DNA from: Dipteris shenzhenensis
Taxonomy: Eukaryota
Assembly (NCBI GenBank): GCA_047967505.1
Contig: CM106538.1
Strand: one strand, 5' to 3'
Length of the DNA stretch: 64,000 nt
In this document: in pieces, positions 37,031-50,299 of the stretch
How positions within the stretch are numbered: the first letter of the stretch is position 1
Layout: the number at the start of each line of letters is the position of its first letter
The notes under the pieces: generated by a model
Told to the model about the DNA's origin: nothing
Database searches by the model: none
Seen by the model: only the letters and a program-made list of their open reading frames with translations
Translations under genes and position numbers: made by a program

Positions 37031-37639
37031 ACAAACATTCCCAAAGCTACTAACCCCTCATTTTTTGGCAACGAACCTTTGATTCAACAAAACCATGATC
37101 CAAAATTATGACACATGCCCATGTAATTATTAGAATTGTGCTCACCTAAGCTTTCATCATCACAGCCTAAGAATCTTGATGTGTTATGCTATTATCCACC
37201 ATGAGATCTACATTTGCAATGATGGGTGACACCTTGTAGAATGGCAACAACTCTAGCTCTTGGCCTTGTACACTTTCTTATGAGTTTTTTGGATGGCCTA
37301 AGAAATCTTTACTCATTCTTATGCTGAAACCCATGTACTCTTCTCTACAAATATTACATGTCCACCTTTGATTGACTAAAATTGTAACAAAATCCCATGG
37401 CTTTGTAGGATAGGGTACTCTATCATCCATAAGGATGAGATAATATTAATGTGCTACTATGTTGTCTTCAGTTGCATGGGTGATCCTTGCCAGCATGGTA
37501 GCTACTCATCCACATCTTGAACCATTATAGTTTGGAGTAGGTTTTGGTCATTACCTAAGAGGTGCTTGTTTAAACAATGTAGCTTATGGCATTTCAAACA
37601 ACCAAATTTAGTTTTCCATTTAAGACAACTGGGCCAAAA

Positions 37640-38140
37640 GAGAGAGAAACCATCCAATCCTCTTATCCCCTCTTGGCATTATTGGACGATTAAAGACAGG
37701 TAATCTACCTATTAAAAGAAGCATGGGATGGTGGGTCACCTTTTCCCACATCCCACTCTTTCTCAAGTAAGCATCTATCTGCATTATGATCATTTGCAAC
37801 ATCATGCTTTGTTAATGAATGTCAGTATTTCATACACACTAGTGATAACTACATTAATACTTATTTTAAAAATTTCTCTAGTTATTCTAGGTGAGCCATC
37901 TAAAGATCTGCATCGACACATTCCATGCAAGCTGTCTAGATTGAGAGAGAGAGAAACCATCCAATCGTCTTGTCCCCTCCTGACATAGTTGGATGATTAA
38001 AGGCATAGTAGCCTACCTATTTAAAATAGCTATAGGATGGCAAGTTGCCTTTACCCGTGTCCCATTCTTTCTTAAGTAAGCATCTATCTACATTTCGATC
38101 GTTTGCAACATCATGCTTTGATAATGAAAGTCGGTATTAT
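37640..38140. repeat. ~190-bp direct repeat, two copies
   Basis: GAGAGAAACCATCCAATC...AAGTAAGCATCTATCT...TTTGCAACATCATGCTTTG at ~37640-37830 and ~37945-38140. Confidence 0.85.
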
Positions 38141-39729
38141 GCTGTAGTGTAGTAGCTAGTGATACTTACATTAACATTTATTCTTATGTTTAATTATTAT
38201 ATTTATTCTTATGCTTTTCTAATGAAACGGTATTACACTATAGTGCAGTAGGTAGAGTGACACATTAACATTTATTCTTATGTCTACTTTTTTCTATCTT
38301 TCTCACACATGGGATACCTAAAGAAAAACCTATAGATTCTTGTTTTCTCACATGGGGCACCTAAAGAAAAACCTTTTTCTTCATGTAAACTATGTATAAG
38401 GAGAGTTTTTGAATCACTCTTGTTTTGTTTGAAGCAAAGAGTACATCATGGCATAACTTTGACTAATCAAGTAATTGTGCATTACTCTATACTACATTAG
38501 ACATTGAACATAGACGTCCTTTGATAGATGTACTGATGGATTTTGGCTTTGAAGAATCATTTTTTTTCTTGTCACAAGATTTTGACAAGCCATTAGAGAT
38601 CCTCTCGACTCTCTTCACCATATTGCCTCCTAAAGCTCGTATGGATGGCCAAGTTCTTCTCAGAAACTGAAAGCCTTTGCAAGGCCTTCCAAGCTCCAAT
38701 GCTGTGTCTCCAAATGGGCCTCCGTCAACACCCTTCAATGCAACGGGCACCCAGTCCTACGACAAAACTACAGAAGCCTCTCCTATGACTGGACTACTCC
38801 AAAGGACCAAGGTAGCCTCAACGACTACCTACTTCCAACAACTCTACACAACCGAACCTACCAAGTTGTAGACTATCTCGACACGCCAGAGCATCTCTTC
38901 ATCAACCGGTCTAGCGAGCAACCAATAGAGAGCTCCAACAGCTGTTGACAAATGATCGAGGCTAGTGCTCCATGCTCCAAATGCTCCGCCAGGTCTTGCA
39001 CTTAGTCTCCTATGACAGTCACCAAATGACCTTCGGCTGACTCCAGTAGCAACGACCAAAACTCTACGTCTCTAGCCTCATGAGACTGCCTGCATGCATC
39101 TTCCATCAACGATCAGCTCAACAATGAAGCAAACGGTAGCTGCAACTTGTGGCCATGCTCATGACTCTCCATAGATGCGCACAATGGGCTCTTACCTCCA
39201 AAGGCAAAGCACTTAGCTCCTCAATGACTCACACAGCCGCATCATTCGACTCCATATGGTTGGTCCAGCCTCCTTCCACAAATGGCTTCAACAACCTTGC
39301 TCCATCTCAAAAAGCCTAGATAGCTTCATTCGCAGTGCCATCTCTAATGCCGCTTCTTCATCTCCTCGCCACCGCCATAGCTTTTGCTTCATATTCTTCT
39401 CCAAGATCTAAGGCCTTAGAAAAAAAGGCCACGTGGCAGGATAGGGCTTCACTCTGATTAGTTCAGTTAACCTTGGTTAGCCAAGGTGCGGTCATTGGTA
39501 TATAGGGTTGGATCACGGTTAAGTCAGGCCACCTTGGGTTTGGTCATTGGTCAAGCAACCCACACTAAACCATGGTTAAGTTTAGAATCAGGATTGGTTA
39601 ACTGCCACATCACCAAGTGCCACCTAAGCACATAGCCCCTACTAAGCACAGTTTGGAGTGTCAAAAGAAAACAAAATGTGATTTTTTTCTTAATTTTTGA
39701 GCTTCCCCCACATCACCTTGTAAAAGCCT

Positions 39730-40125
39730 GATGTATTTCATGTACTATGAAGATATATGGAATTTAAAGGGGTAGATGAAGATATTTGACAATTTTGGCC
39801 ATTCTAGTGACCATTTTTGGCAAATCTAGAAGGAATTTGATAACTGTGCAAAAGGCAAAGTTGCTTGGGATGTCATGGGGTGTCCAAATCTCACCATGGC
39901 GTGAATTTTTCCATTTGGAAAGTGTCCAAATGGCCAAATTGGTGCCATGGCAGGTTTTGGCATTTTTGGACACCCCATGATGTCTCGATCAACTTTGACT
40001 TCTATGCCACGATCAAATTCCTTCTATATTTACCAAGTATGGTGATTAGAATGACCAAAATTATCAAATTCCTTAGTCTATCCCTTGAAATCCATATTTC
40101 TTCATAAATAATCACGGGATGCATA
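39730..40125. mobile_element. Foldback/MITE-like element, copy 1
   Basis: TTTGACAATTTTGGCCATTCTAGTGACCATTTTTGGCAAATCTAGAAGGAATTTGAT..CATGGGGTGTCCAAA is inverted as TTTGGACACCCCATG..ATCAAATTCCTTCTATATTTACCAAG..TATCAAA. Confidence 0.75.
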
Positions 40126-40429
40126 AAATTCAACATAAATAAACATAGAAAAAGAGATATTTACGAACTGAACTAGCAAATGATAGTTAGGTAATAGATT
40201 CTCTATATTTCTTGCCCTTGGAGACACTTTGCAGGTTGGTTATGTCAATGTAATTTTGTATTTAATCCAAAACATTTTCATCTTCCACTATGTTACCTTT
40301 TATTTAATATCCCTACATCACCTTGTAAATATCTCATTTTCTATGTTTATCTTTCTCTTGGAGGTTGCACCTTATACGTTATGCCACTAATTTGATTCTT
40401 GAGCTTCTCATTTATCACTTTGTAAAAGA

Positions 40430-40797
40430 TTGATGCATTTCATGATTTTTTGTGAAGAAATATAGACTTTATAGATGGAGATGAAGGAATTTGACAACCT
40501 TGTCCATTTCAATGACCGTTTTTGCCAAATCTAGAAGAAATTTGACCACGACACAGAAGGCAAAGTTGATCAGCACGCCATTGGGTGTCTGAAAATGCCA
40601 AAACTTTCCACAGTGCGAATTTGGGTAGTTGGACGTGGTGCAAAATTGGGCATTTGGAGACCCTCCAAATGCCCAAATTCACGTCATCGTGGGAATTTTT
40701 CAAACACCCCATGATGATCAACTTTGCCTTCTGTGCTGTGGTCAAATTCCTTCTAGATTTGCCAAAAATGGTCATTGAGATGACCAAACTTGGTCAA
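40430..40797. mobile_element. Foldback/MITE-like element, copy 2
   Basis: Same arms as copy 1: CAAATCTAGAAGAAATTTGACCAC..AGAAGGCAAAGTTGATCA / TGATCAACTTTGCCTTCTG..GTGGTCAAATTCCTTCTAGATTTG. Confidence 0.75.
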
Positions 40798-43708
40798 GAG
40801 TATTTTACTAACTTGGAATATTCATTATATTTTTCTAAATTGAATTTAAAATAAAACATAACATTGATACACGTTAATTGCAGGAATATTGAAAAGCCTT
40901 TTAGTTCAAAATCGAGAGCATGGGTAGGTCTATGATATTCGACTAGAAAAATAGGGTCTTCCCAAATGTACAAATTCAATGTAGAAGACCCTTAAAAATC
41001 AATCACAAGTTGAGGAGATTTAAGGGTATTTTTGAAACTACATTGGATAAAAATGAAGGAAAAGGGACATGTTTACATATGAAAGGTCCCCCTCTCTACA
41101 AAACAAACTTGGCACTGGTGTATGTAATACTCTATAATTCAAAGCAGCATTACCTAATATTGCATTAACAACACATTCAAAATTTAACCATAGCTTCCGC
41201 TCTTCCGCTTTCTCTCAGGCTCTTCCCCTTCCATCGCTCTCCCCCCTTCTCTCAAGATGTCTACCCAGTTGACAGCCACATCTACCTCCCTCCTCTCTAT
41301 ATGCTCGCTCGGGGGGCAACCACGAACCTTCTAGACATGGAACTTTTTGGAATTGAATGCCATTAAGTCTTGCCACCTCCCTTCTATTAAAATTTGTCTT
41401 AAGTGAATGGGCTCTCACCTTACATTAACCACCGCTCTTTTTGCCTTAGATTAATCGCTCTCATGCGTCTAGCTACAAATTCTAAGCCCTATTTTTCCAA
41501 TAGAGGGGGCATCTAATTTAAGCGTCGTTTGTTGAGTTGTAGAGAACATGAAAGATCTATGCTATGGCTTAGATCTGTTTGAATTGAATTGCTGCATGGC
41601 GAGCTCCGTGCATGCAATCCTCTATTTACTACTCGCGATCACTCGCCTGCACCAGCCCATTCCGCCGCGGCCTTTTTGCCATTTGGGCTTCTCAGAACCG
41701 CACCATTCACCACGGAATATGCACTTCTTTCCACGATTGCAACATCCTTTGCGCTGGCCTGTCGAATGGCTGGTGTAAATCTGCCCACATGTGACGAGAA
41801 ATGCGCACCGATGGTGAGGTGAATCTCAATCAGGCTCGCGACCTCTGCAGCGAGGTAGCTTATAGGACACTGGAGACAAGGAGAATGGCGTAATCAGTGA
41901 GGATAGGAAAGGAGAAGAGACGGTGTAGTGCTCGATCGTCTACAGGCGAGAGTAAAATCAGCCCAGGGAGAGATGGAGTGATGTGATCGTCGTCAAATCA
42001 GTCTCGCGAGAGATGAGACGATGAGGTGACTGAGATGGGTCGATACTTGATGCAAGTAGCCTCAGGAGAGATGGGATGGGCCATGGCGTCGAGAATCTGT
42101 AAGTTGACGTGACAGCTTGTGATGAGCGGGTTGGGTCACTTGCGTGAGAAGAACCTCAGAAGGAGAACAGTAAATGAGGTTCAAAGATTGGAGTAAGATC
42201 TTCGTCCCAGTGCTCTGTACGAACGATAAATCCTCAGTCAATTTCTTCAAGCTATGAAGCTACGAATGCGTAACGAATCGCTCGCCTACGACCTTGGCAA
42301 ATGCTTGGAGAATCAAATGCTGAATCCACTGCCCTTTTGAGGCCTCTAATACAGTTTTGGGCGAGTAAATTTATTCCTGAGCTCAGCAATCATCAGCGAT
42401 GGAGCTGCGAAGAGCGACACTGGCGTACATATGGAGGAAGAATAGATTCAAATGCAGCTTTCAGGGCAGATAATGAGGGAAGAGTGCCTTGGAGTGGAAC
42501 CTTTGGTGTCGGGACCGCCTTTGCCCGCACCTTTCTTATCAATTGCCGCGATGCTCTGCTGGAAGAGGCAGCTTCGAGCCATCGAAACCTTCGCAGTGGA
42601 CGTCGCGATCCTCTAGTCTTGCAAGTTGCAGCTGCATGATTGATAAGTCGTCCAAGAATCGACGAAACTTCTAGTCATGGAAAGCTGCGCTTGAGTGCCA
42701 AAGTCTACTTACCCCTCGCGGCTCACGCACCTTGTGGCGCCTGTGCAACCGGGCATTTGTAATCATCTCGTTAACTTCCCCGTCAAGTGTCCCTTCGCCG
42801 GAAAAGGGAGCATGCGTGGCACAGAAATCTCTGCTGTAGGCCCCTTTATTGCAATCGTGCAGCGGCGGGCCTTTCAAGATGCGGTGCAAACACGCATAGA
42901 TAAAGAGATGTTGAAGACGATGGGTTGAAGATCAGAAGGAGGCGATTTATTTGGGGACGGCACTTGAAAAGATCAGGGGCGCGGGAAGTGCGAGGTATGG
43001 AGGCGAAATTGCTCGAACCATTGGAAATGAAGCATCATCTTTATCATTATCGTCATTGCAAAAGAGCGCTTGCGGATTACCTTGCATAGAAGGATGGCCG
43101 ACGGCTTGATGGCCTCTCGATTGATTGAGCTGTAAGCTCCAGCTATGGTGGTTCCAGCTCTCTCCAAGCGGCAGACAGCATACAGGAGCAAAATCAAGAG
43201 CACATCAGTTTGCGTCTGGCCATGGTAAGCCTCTCAGATCGTTTATGGATGTGGCTGGGAGCAGGTGATATTCAACGAGGTAGCATTTTGCATCTTTATT
43301 GAATGGCTCCTGTGAGCAGCAATCTCCCAAACTTTGATGCAAATGATGTTACTTGGGATAAGATGATCGGTAGCGACGAAGTAACCCACAACAGAGGTTA
43401 TTGCGGATGCACTTTTGCATGAGAATAGCTGGACAAGAAATGTGAGTTCTCCCCTCTGCCCATCTATGATGCTAGCTTGAATCCAAGAAAGTTGAGAGTT
43501 TCTCGTAATGTCCTCCACGTTGCAAGGAATTGCGTCAATCTTAGTGAGGGTGCTCTGTTCCATATATTTTCTCTCTCTTTTAATATCTTTCATCTTTGAA
43601 GCGGTTGGTTGTAATGCGAGAGTTCCCCTTATACAGTTTCCTTTCGGAACAGCAAAGAACGAAGAAGAAAAACAAGGAGGGCGTCTTTCCCGAGACAAAA
43701 AATCATGG

Positions 43709-43876
43709 ACCGTGGGAGCTCCCTTATGTTCAAAAGAGAGATGCCTGCTGTGGTCCTGGCTGCTGCCTCATGCATCTTGGACGATCGTATCCTCATACTT
43801 TCGTGGTTTGCATGATACGGGAGCTATGGAGGTACCTCCGGCCTTCCCCTTTTGGACTGAAGGGAGCTCCCCAGGC
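43709..43876 (+). ncRNA. MIR319: MIR319 (miR159/319 family) precursor hairpin; mature miR319 at 43852-43871
   Basis: Exact canonical mature sequence TTGGACTGAAGGGAGCTCCC on the 3' arm; complementary 5' arm GGGAGCTCCCTTATGTTCAA at 43714-43733; long stem with the family-typical loop-proximal duplex GCTGCTGCCTCATGCA / TGCATGATACGGGAGC. Confidence 0.95.
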
Positions 43877-44139
43877 AACAAGGCCAAATGGTCGCTTGAC
43901 TTTTCCCTTGTTTCCCTTAAAATTTCGAGGTGCAAGGAGGAAGGTAAGCAGCTTTAACGCAACTTGCAAGCTGTATGTGATTTGCGGTACATATAAATTG
44001 TGTTTTTCTTTGTTTCTAGAAATTTTCAAGCAAGAAAGCAGAGCCACTTTAGCACGAGTAGCTCAATAGATGGCATTGGTCGTAGGATACAAGAGAGAGT
44101 AGGCTGTATCTTTCTGAGTTGTCCTCGTTTCTCTGGACG

Positions 44140-44238
44140 TATTCTGGCAGGGAGACTAATTTTCTGATTATATTTTTTGTTTCTAGTATTATATTCTGGC
44201 AGGGAGACTAATTTTCTGATTATATTTTTTGTTTCTAA
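44140..44238. repeat. ~46-bp near-tandem duplication downstream of MIR319
   Basis: TATTCTGGCAGGGAGACTAATTTTCTGATTATATTTTTTGTTTCTA occurs twice. Confidence 0.9.
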
Positions 44239-45717
44239 TAACAGCTTCTCTCTTTCTTTTACCCATTGCTGAGACGGACCAAATTGATTATGGTCTCGTG
44301 TAGTGCTTTCCAGTTTGAAAGTAAGACGAATGGTGTTCTCTCTCTCTCTCTCTTAAGACACCTTGTTTCCTACCATCAATGCCATCTTCTTTTGTTGTGT
44401 TCAGTATTACCAAAAATGTGTGTGTCAGTGCATGTGCAGGTGTGCGTTCGTCCCTGATTGCTTGTTTCTAGTATTGTATCTCTCTGTATCCCACGACCAA
44501 TGCACTTATTTTTTTGTGAAAAGCCATACAAGCTTTGATCATCTGGTGATAAGATCATTTACTTTGTTTGATTTTTACTTTATGAATTTATTTTCTTCTT
44601 GTATTCCAGAAGCAATGTCATCTTCTTTTCTTCTATTAAGCACCACAAAGACTGATGGAAAGCAGCTATAAAGTGTTTTTCAGTGCTCATTCTAAGATGA
44701 GCGTTGTATTCTGTGTGCGCACAAATGTATGTATACGTAGTCAATTCTGAACTGTTGTTTTTTCAGAATTGATCATTTTTTCCTTTGTTTTCTTCTGTTA
44801 CAAATGTTGATATTATAGGAAGTGCAGATTGCCTTATAGCATCCGACCTGTAGTATACCATTTGCGACCCGTTTGGAAGATCTGCACGTGTAAATTGATA
44901 CAGAAATGTCCTGTCAAGTGTACCTTTCTTTTGTAAAGAAATTCTGTATCTTTAACACTGTATTGCTGTTAAAGGACAGGGTGAATTCAGTTTTTGTTTT
45001 GCTTCCTCATGTACACAACTTTCTTATTGGTTTCTGGATTTGATGTCTTCTGCCATGAGAATTTCCAGATGCACTTTAATGTGCTTGCATTATTTATACG
45101 TGTTCCACTATGTATTTCTGTAGTCATTAGGAGGCTAGGATTCATGGAAAGAAGCAGCCTTTCAAGGGGCAAAATGTGATGGTTTGAAGCATCAAAAGGG
45201 GGCATGAATGAGTAGTATGATAGTTCTTGCTCAATGTGCTTGAACCTTTTCTCAAGAAATGTTTTGACAGGTCTAGCCTGTAGAGCCACTAAAGAAGATT
45301 AACTACTTTGAATGAAAGAAAATTAATGCATGCAGCACTTAACAGACATCTGCCAGGCATATGAGCCATCTTCTTTTCCCATAGCTCAGTATTGTTTAAA
45401 ATGACATTTTTCATTATGAATTTGACTTCACTGAACCTTCATTGCAAGCTGTCTCGTGTAGAATATAGCAAAGACTGAGAAATATAAGGGATTGTTGATA
45501 GATTAGACTATAACTGTTTCTTGTATTGCCGGTGGATGCCATTCACCATGGATAAGTTCACATGTTTATGGTAACCTTTGTATAGAAACTAATGATATAT
45601 ATTTCTCATAGAAAATTCATTTCCCTCTTTTTCTTTTGGTTCTATGCATGTCTAGTAGGTTTGTGTCTCATAGCTCATTATCATTCTCATATGGGATTTT
45701 GTATTTCATCTCACTAT

Positions 45718-46480
45718 TGTAGGGAAAGTCATTCAACAGTTTTATGGGATAGCTTGAGTTAAAACTATTAGCTTGAGTGGACGTTTGTCACAATGATGGC
45801 TCTGCATTATTTGAATGAAATTATTTATTATAATGAGGTACCCTTGTAATGAGAACTTGGGAAAGCTGTGTGCAAAAGAGGATGAATAAGAATTAAAAAG
45901 GAGTGATGTTGAGAAAAAAGATAGAAAATATGTGGAAATGAGAGCGAATGTGAGAAAAGAAGTCACTTAGAAAACTAATGCACTACCATTTTGTAAAGAT
46001 TCATTTTGTAAAGATTCACAAACTCTTCTATACAAGACGTGTGTATAGTGCTTTTATAGTTCATACATGCCCTTGTCTTCATTATGTAGTATTAGAGACT
46101 TGAGTTCTAAGTAGACGTGTATATAGTGGTACTTCTATATGGAGAATACTCCATTCTGATGCAACACATCTATTGTGTAATACTTGCTCTATCATCATAT
46201 GGTATCAGAGCTTCAAGTTTCTACTAATTTGATATCAGATTTTCTCTCTTCTCTAAGGCTTGGGTATGGCTCAACCAATTAATCATTTTCTTCTAAATTT
46301 GTTTGGCCAATGGTTCTGAGTTATCCTCATTCAAAAGCACCTGGTCATGGAATGCTCAACTTATTTGGAGCAAGATAAGACTTTGAAAGGAAGGTCCAAC
46401 AATCTTCAACGTAAGATAAGACTTTAAAAGGAGGTCCAACAATCTTCCAAGTAAGATTAGACTTTAAAAGGGAGGTCGAG
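45718..46480 (+). mobile_element. LTR, tRNA-iMet PBS and degenerate leader with a ~39-bp tandem repeat
   Basis: ..ATCATCA-TA-TGGTATCAGAGC (PBS 46200-46211); AAGATAAGACTTT.AAAGG..GGTC three times at 46372-46480. LTR start approximate. Confidence 0.65.
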
Positions 46481-47524
46481 TTTTGGGATTGTAATTTTCA
46501 TATATGTAATATACAAATACAATAGCAGCAATTGAAAACTTTAGAAGATGATGGTGGGTGACATTGCTAGTCTTAATGGAAGCATCGACATAATGACAAA
46601 ATCTTAATGGATGTATTTCTTAATGATAGCAGTCAAAGATAATATACATGCTCAATTGGGTATATAAATAATGTGAAAGCACGGACTTGGGTACATCATA
46701 TGAGGGAGTCATAGCTTACTGGTTCTTTATGTGGCAAAGTGCAGCCCAACTATGTGGAAATTCATTCACAAGACTCCAAATGCTAATGCTAATCTAGTAT
46801 CAAAGTGTCGAAACATTTACCTTATTAAACTTTACGATGGAGTAGTTTGAAACACTATTTTTAAAAAAGTACATTATGAGTCTTGGACTATACAAGATTT
46901 GGAGTCTATTCAAAGGCATCAAATTTATTCTACATGTATGTATATTCAAACACATAGAGCCACTTATAAACCTAAGGATATAACCACGAGACACATTTGG
47001 TATGCTTTCCAAGATATGGAATGCCACATTAGAGGGCTTCCTTTTGTTGGAACATGGCTAAGCAGCAAGATGGGAGTGGAACAACCAAAACAATGCTTGT
47101 TCTTTATTCATGAGAGAAGACCAATATATAGGCACTTCATACATACATGAGAGCCAAGCTCCATTGATTTCTCAATTAGCATCTCTCCCTAGATTCACTC
47201 AATCACAGCCTATTGTCAATTGACTGACCTTGTACCACTAGGTATACCCCATTACATCAATTTGTCCTAACATACATCCCCACAAATTGATGACCTCACC
47301 CCAACAATAGTACATGGGAAGCTTCATGGCTTGTTCACACCTAGTAACACTCGTGACCCCAATCTGTGGTTATGACTCTTGGTTTACAATTGGGAGAATG
47401 CACAATGACTATGCATGGGAAGTTCCCGTAGGTCTGATAAGGAAATAACTCACACATAAGACATACAATCATTTATGGAAGACATCCCGAGGCAGAGAAC
47501 CCTTGGTGACCACACACATTAGGC

Positions 47525-47870
47525 TTAAAAAGCCCAATCTTGGTTTGAAATGAAGTTGGCTTCCTTTTGAGAAGCCACTAGATCTTTCGTTTCTTCTTGT
47601 TGATGATCTTTGACAAACCAAGTCTTAGTCTTTTGTTTGTTCTTTGGCTTGTTGTTGGTGTAGCTCTTCTTCTTGGTAAAGGTGTAGCCCTTTTGATTGT
47701 TTTTCATGAAATAATACGCTCTCTTTTTCAATTGTAGCCAAAATAACTTAATAAGCAAGCTATACTTGAAGCACTTCTCTTGTGCATAAAACACTCTTTA
47801 AAGATATTCCCAAGCTTCATATGAAGTATCAAATCCATCAATGTGATTCATTAGGAGAGAATTGGGGTCT
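47525..47870 (-). mobile_element. Ty1/copia gag relic
   Basis: LMNHIDGFDTSYEAWEYL (copia gag) and EANF..DWAF on the minus strand. Confidence 0.55.
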
Positions 47871-48274
47871 TAAAAGGGCCTCATAAGGAATTGATTAAGA
47901 AATGGATTAAGTTAATTACAAGTGAACCACTATGGTAACCCATGGGCTAAGGGCCCCTTAGCATTTACTCAACGAACATGGTTTGAAATTGATCAACCTT
48001 GGCCTTTGGATGGAGATGGGTGGTGGATGAATCAAAGGCCTAGGATGGCTTTGGTGGGATCCAAGTGGCAAGATCTGACAAGGGGAGGACAATGTTTGAC
48101 TTTGTGGAGGCCTCATTAAGAGGAAAAAGGTGCATTTTCATGTGCACCCTTGATCTAGATCCAAGATCGATGGCCAAGATGGAGGCACCTATTTGGAGGG
48201 CTAGGATGAAGGAGCATTTTGGATGGTGGAGATGAAGATCCAAGATCAAGGGCCTAGATTGAAGCACCTGTTTG

Positions 48275-48465
48275 GATGGCCTGGATTGATGTGCTATTTT
48301 CTCTCACCTCCTCCCTTGGATCTAACCTGGATCTATGGCCCAGATTGGAGCGCATTTTGCACTCATCCCCTCCCTTGGATTCACACCTTGATCTATGGCC
48401 TAGATTGGAGCACATTTTACTCTCATCTCCTCCCTTGGATCCACCCCTTGATCCATGGACCAAAT
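48275..48465. repeat. ~58-bp tandem repeat, three copies
   Basis: CTCA.C.CCTCCCTTGGAT...ATCTATGGCC.AGATTGGAGC repeated. Confidence 0.85.
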
Positions 48466-50299
48466 TGAAGGTAAAGCCAAAATTTAATGATTTTTCATTG
48501 CTTCTTTTTTCATATGTTTGAAATAAAACGTAGATAAAATTTTAAGGGTTTACACGTGAGTGTTTTTCCATATGTTTGAAACAAAATCTATATAAATGGT
48601 TTCGGATTGACTTGTGAAATTCACACCATCAAACCCATTACTTTGTTCTTTTGGTTTTGTACTTTTGCAACGACGACTTTGGTTTTTGAGTTAACCTTCC
48701 CTTTGTCATTCAGTTGTCAATTGAACAGTACCACCATTTTTACATGTGTGAAAAGATTGAGCGAACTTGGCTCTTACCTTAATGATCTATGGGATATCAT
48801 AGCTACATGTAAAGAAAAAAAGGCCCTATATTTCCCTGCCTACTCGAAAAAAACACAAAAAAGGAAAAAGAGTTAGACCTAATAGCACTAGCATGTCAAA
48901 ATAATGGACATATTTTATGCTAAGGAAGTGGTCCCCTTACTCTCCATTCTCCATAAATCTTGTCTCTTCATGCAAGCTAAAATTAGAAAAAAAAGAAAGT
49001 TCAAGATAAAATGAATAGAGGAGGAGGGGGAACTAAATGATACTTACCTCTTTTCTTCTTTGACCTTCTCCTATGCTAGTACTTTAATTTTTTTCCCTTC
49101 ACTTATATGCTTCTTTACTCTTCTTATTCTACAAGTCTAATAGTTGGTAATTTTTTAGGTATCTCTCTTGCTGCTAGTGGGGAAAAATAGATACAAGCTC
49201 CCCTAGAAAACCTCCATTCTCTCTTTTGAAGAAACTCTCTCTAAACATCACAAATCTTACAAAAACCCAAGCTTCAATACAAAATCTCCTCGAGTAAGAA
49301 CACTTTCAATCTCCCTTGCTTTGCAATCTTCAAACACCAAATACAAGAGGTTGCTCCTTCCAAAGGCAAGGGTAGGTGAAAAAGAGGAATGTAAGTTTGA
49401 GGGGGAAATGGTTTTGAGATTTGGGATGAGCAAGACAAAGCACTGTAAGGGTAGAGATGAGGTAGGTTATGGAGGCAAAAATGAGTCACATGGTTAATGC
49501 CATTAACTATTTGTTTATTCAAGAAAAAGTCTAAGATTTTGTAAAGGATAACCACTAGAATTCAAATATGGAAGCATTAGTATAATTGTGAAAGAAAAAC
49601 TAGTATGAGATGCTTATATCATGAATAAGCTGATCGTTATACTAATTGAACAAGAGTTTTTTCCCCTTTTGTATGCTCTGTGGTATTTATTTCAAATGTT
49701 ACTTTTGGCATAGTGGTGGATTGTGTGTAGATGGCTAGGTAGACTTGATTCTCATTAGATGAGAAGTTAGTGGATGGAAGCTCAAAGTAGTACATGGGAG
49801 GTCAACCTATCATGTAGGAGTAAGATCCACCACAATTGAGTTGTGAGAGGATGAGGGTGAGGGAGAGAATCTGCATTAGAGTTGTGAAAGTGGTCGACTC
49901 CTCTAATATCTAGCTCATTGAGATAAGATTTTACCACATGCCAATGAATGCAATAGAGATTATTAGAGGAGAGAGGTAATGATCCGCTAATATCTAGCAC
50001 ATTGAGGCAAGGTTTTACCACAACTACATGCCAATGAATGCAATAGAGATTATTGGAGGAGAGAGGTGATCATTTGAAGAGATTAATTACTTCCTTTCTT
50101 TCAATCCAAATCTTGGTGCAACTTGCACATACCACACTTTAATATTTATATTGGTGTGGGGTGCTAGTTATAATTGGCTTCACTTGTGCTAATCATCTTG
50201 CCTATATGTGACACTTTGAATGGAGTTGCAAGCGGCCTTTTTGGTTGCACCTTATCCTTCATGTTATCATACAAGAGTACAGTTGTCTTGTTGCATAAC

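Noticed and set aside
42555-43990. Partial matches to miR408 (~42560), miR171 (~43122), the miR160 site (~43178) and miR536 (~43966)
   Set aside because: Only about 12 nt match and no supporting hairpin, so no polycistronic cluster is claimed.
46372-48465. Short iterated repeats superficially like CRISPR arrays
   Set aside because: Head-to-tail tandem repeats without unique spacers, in plant retroelement DNA, with no cas genes.
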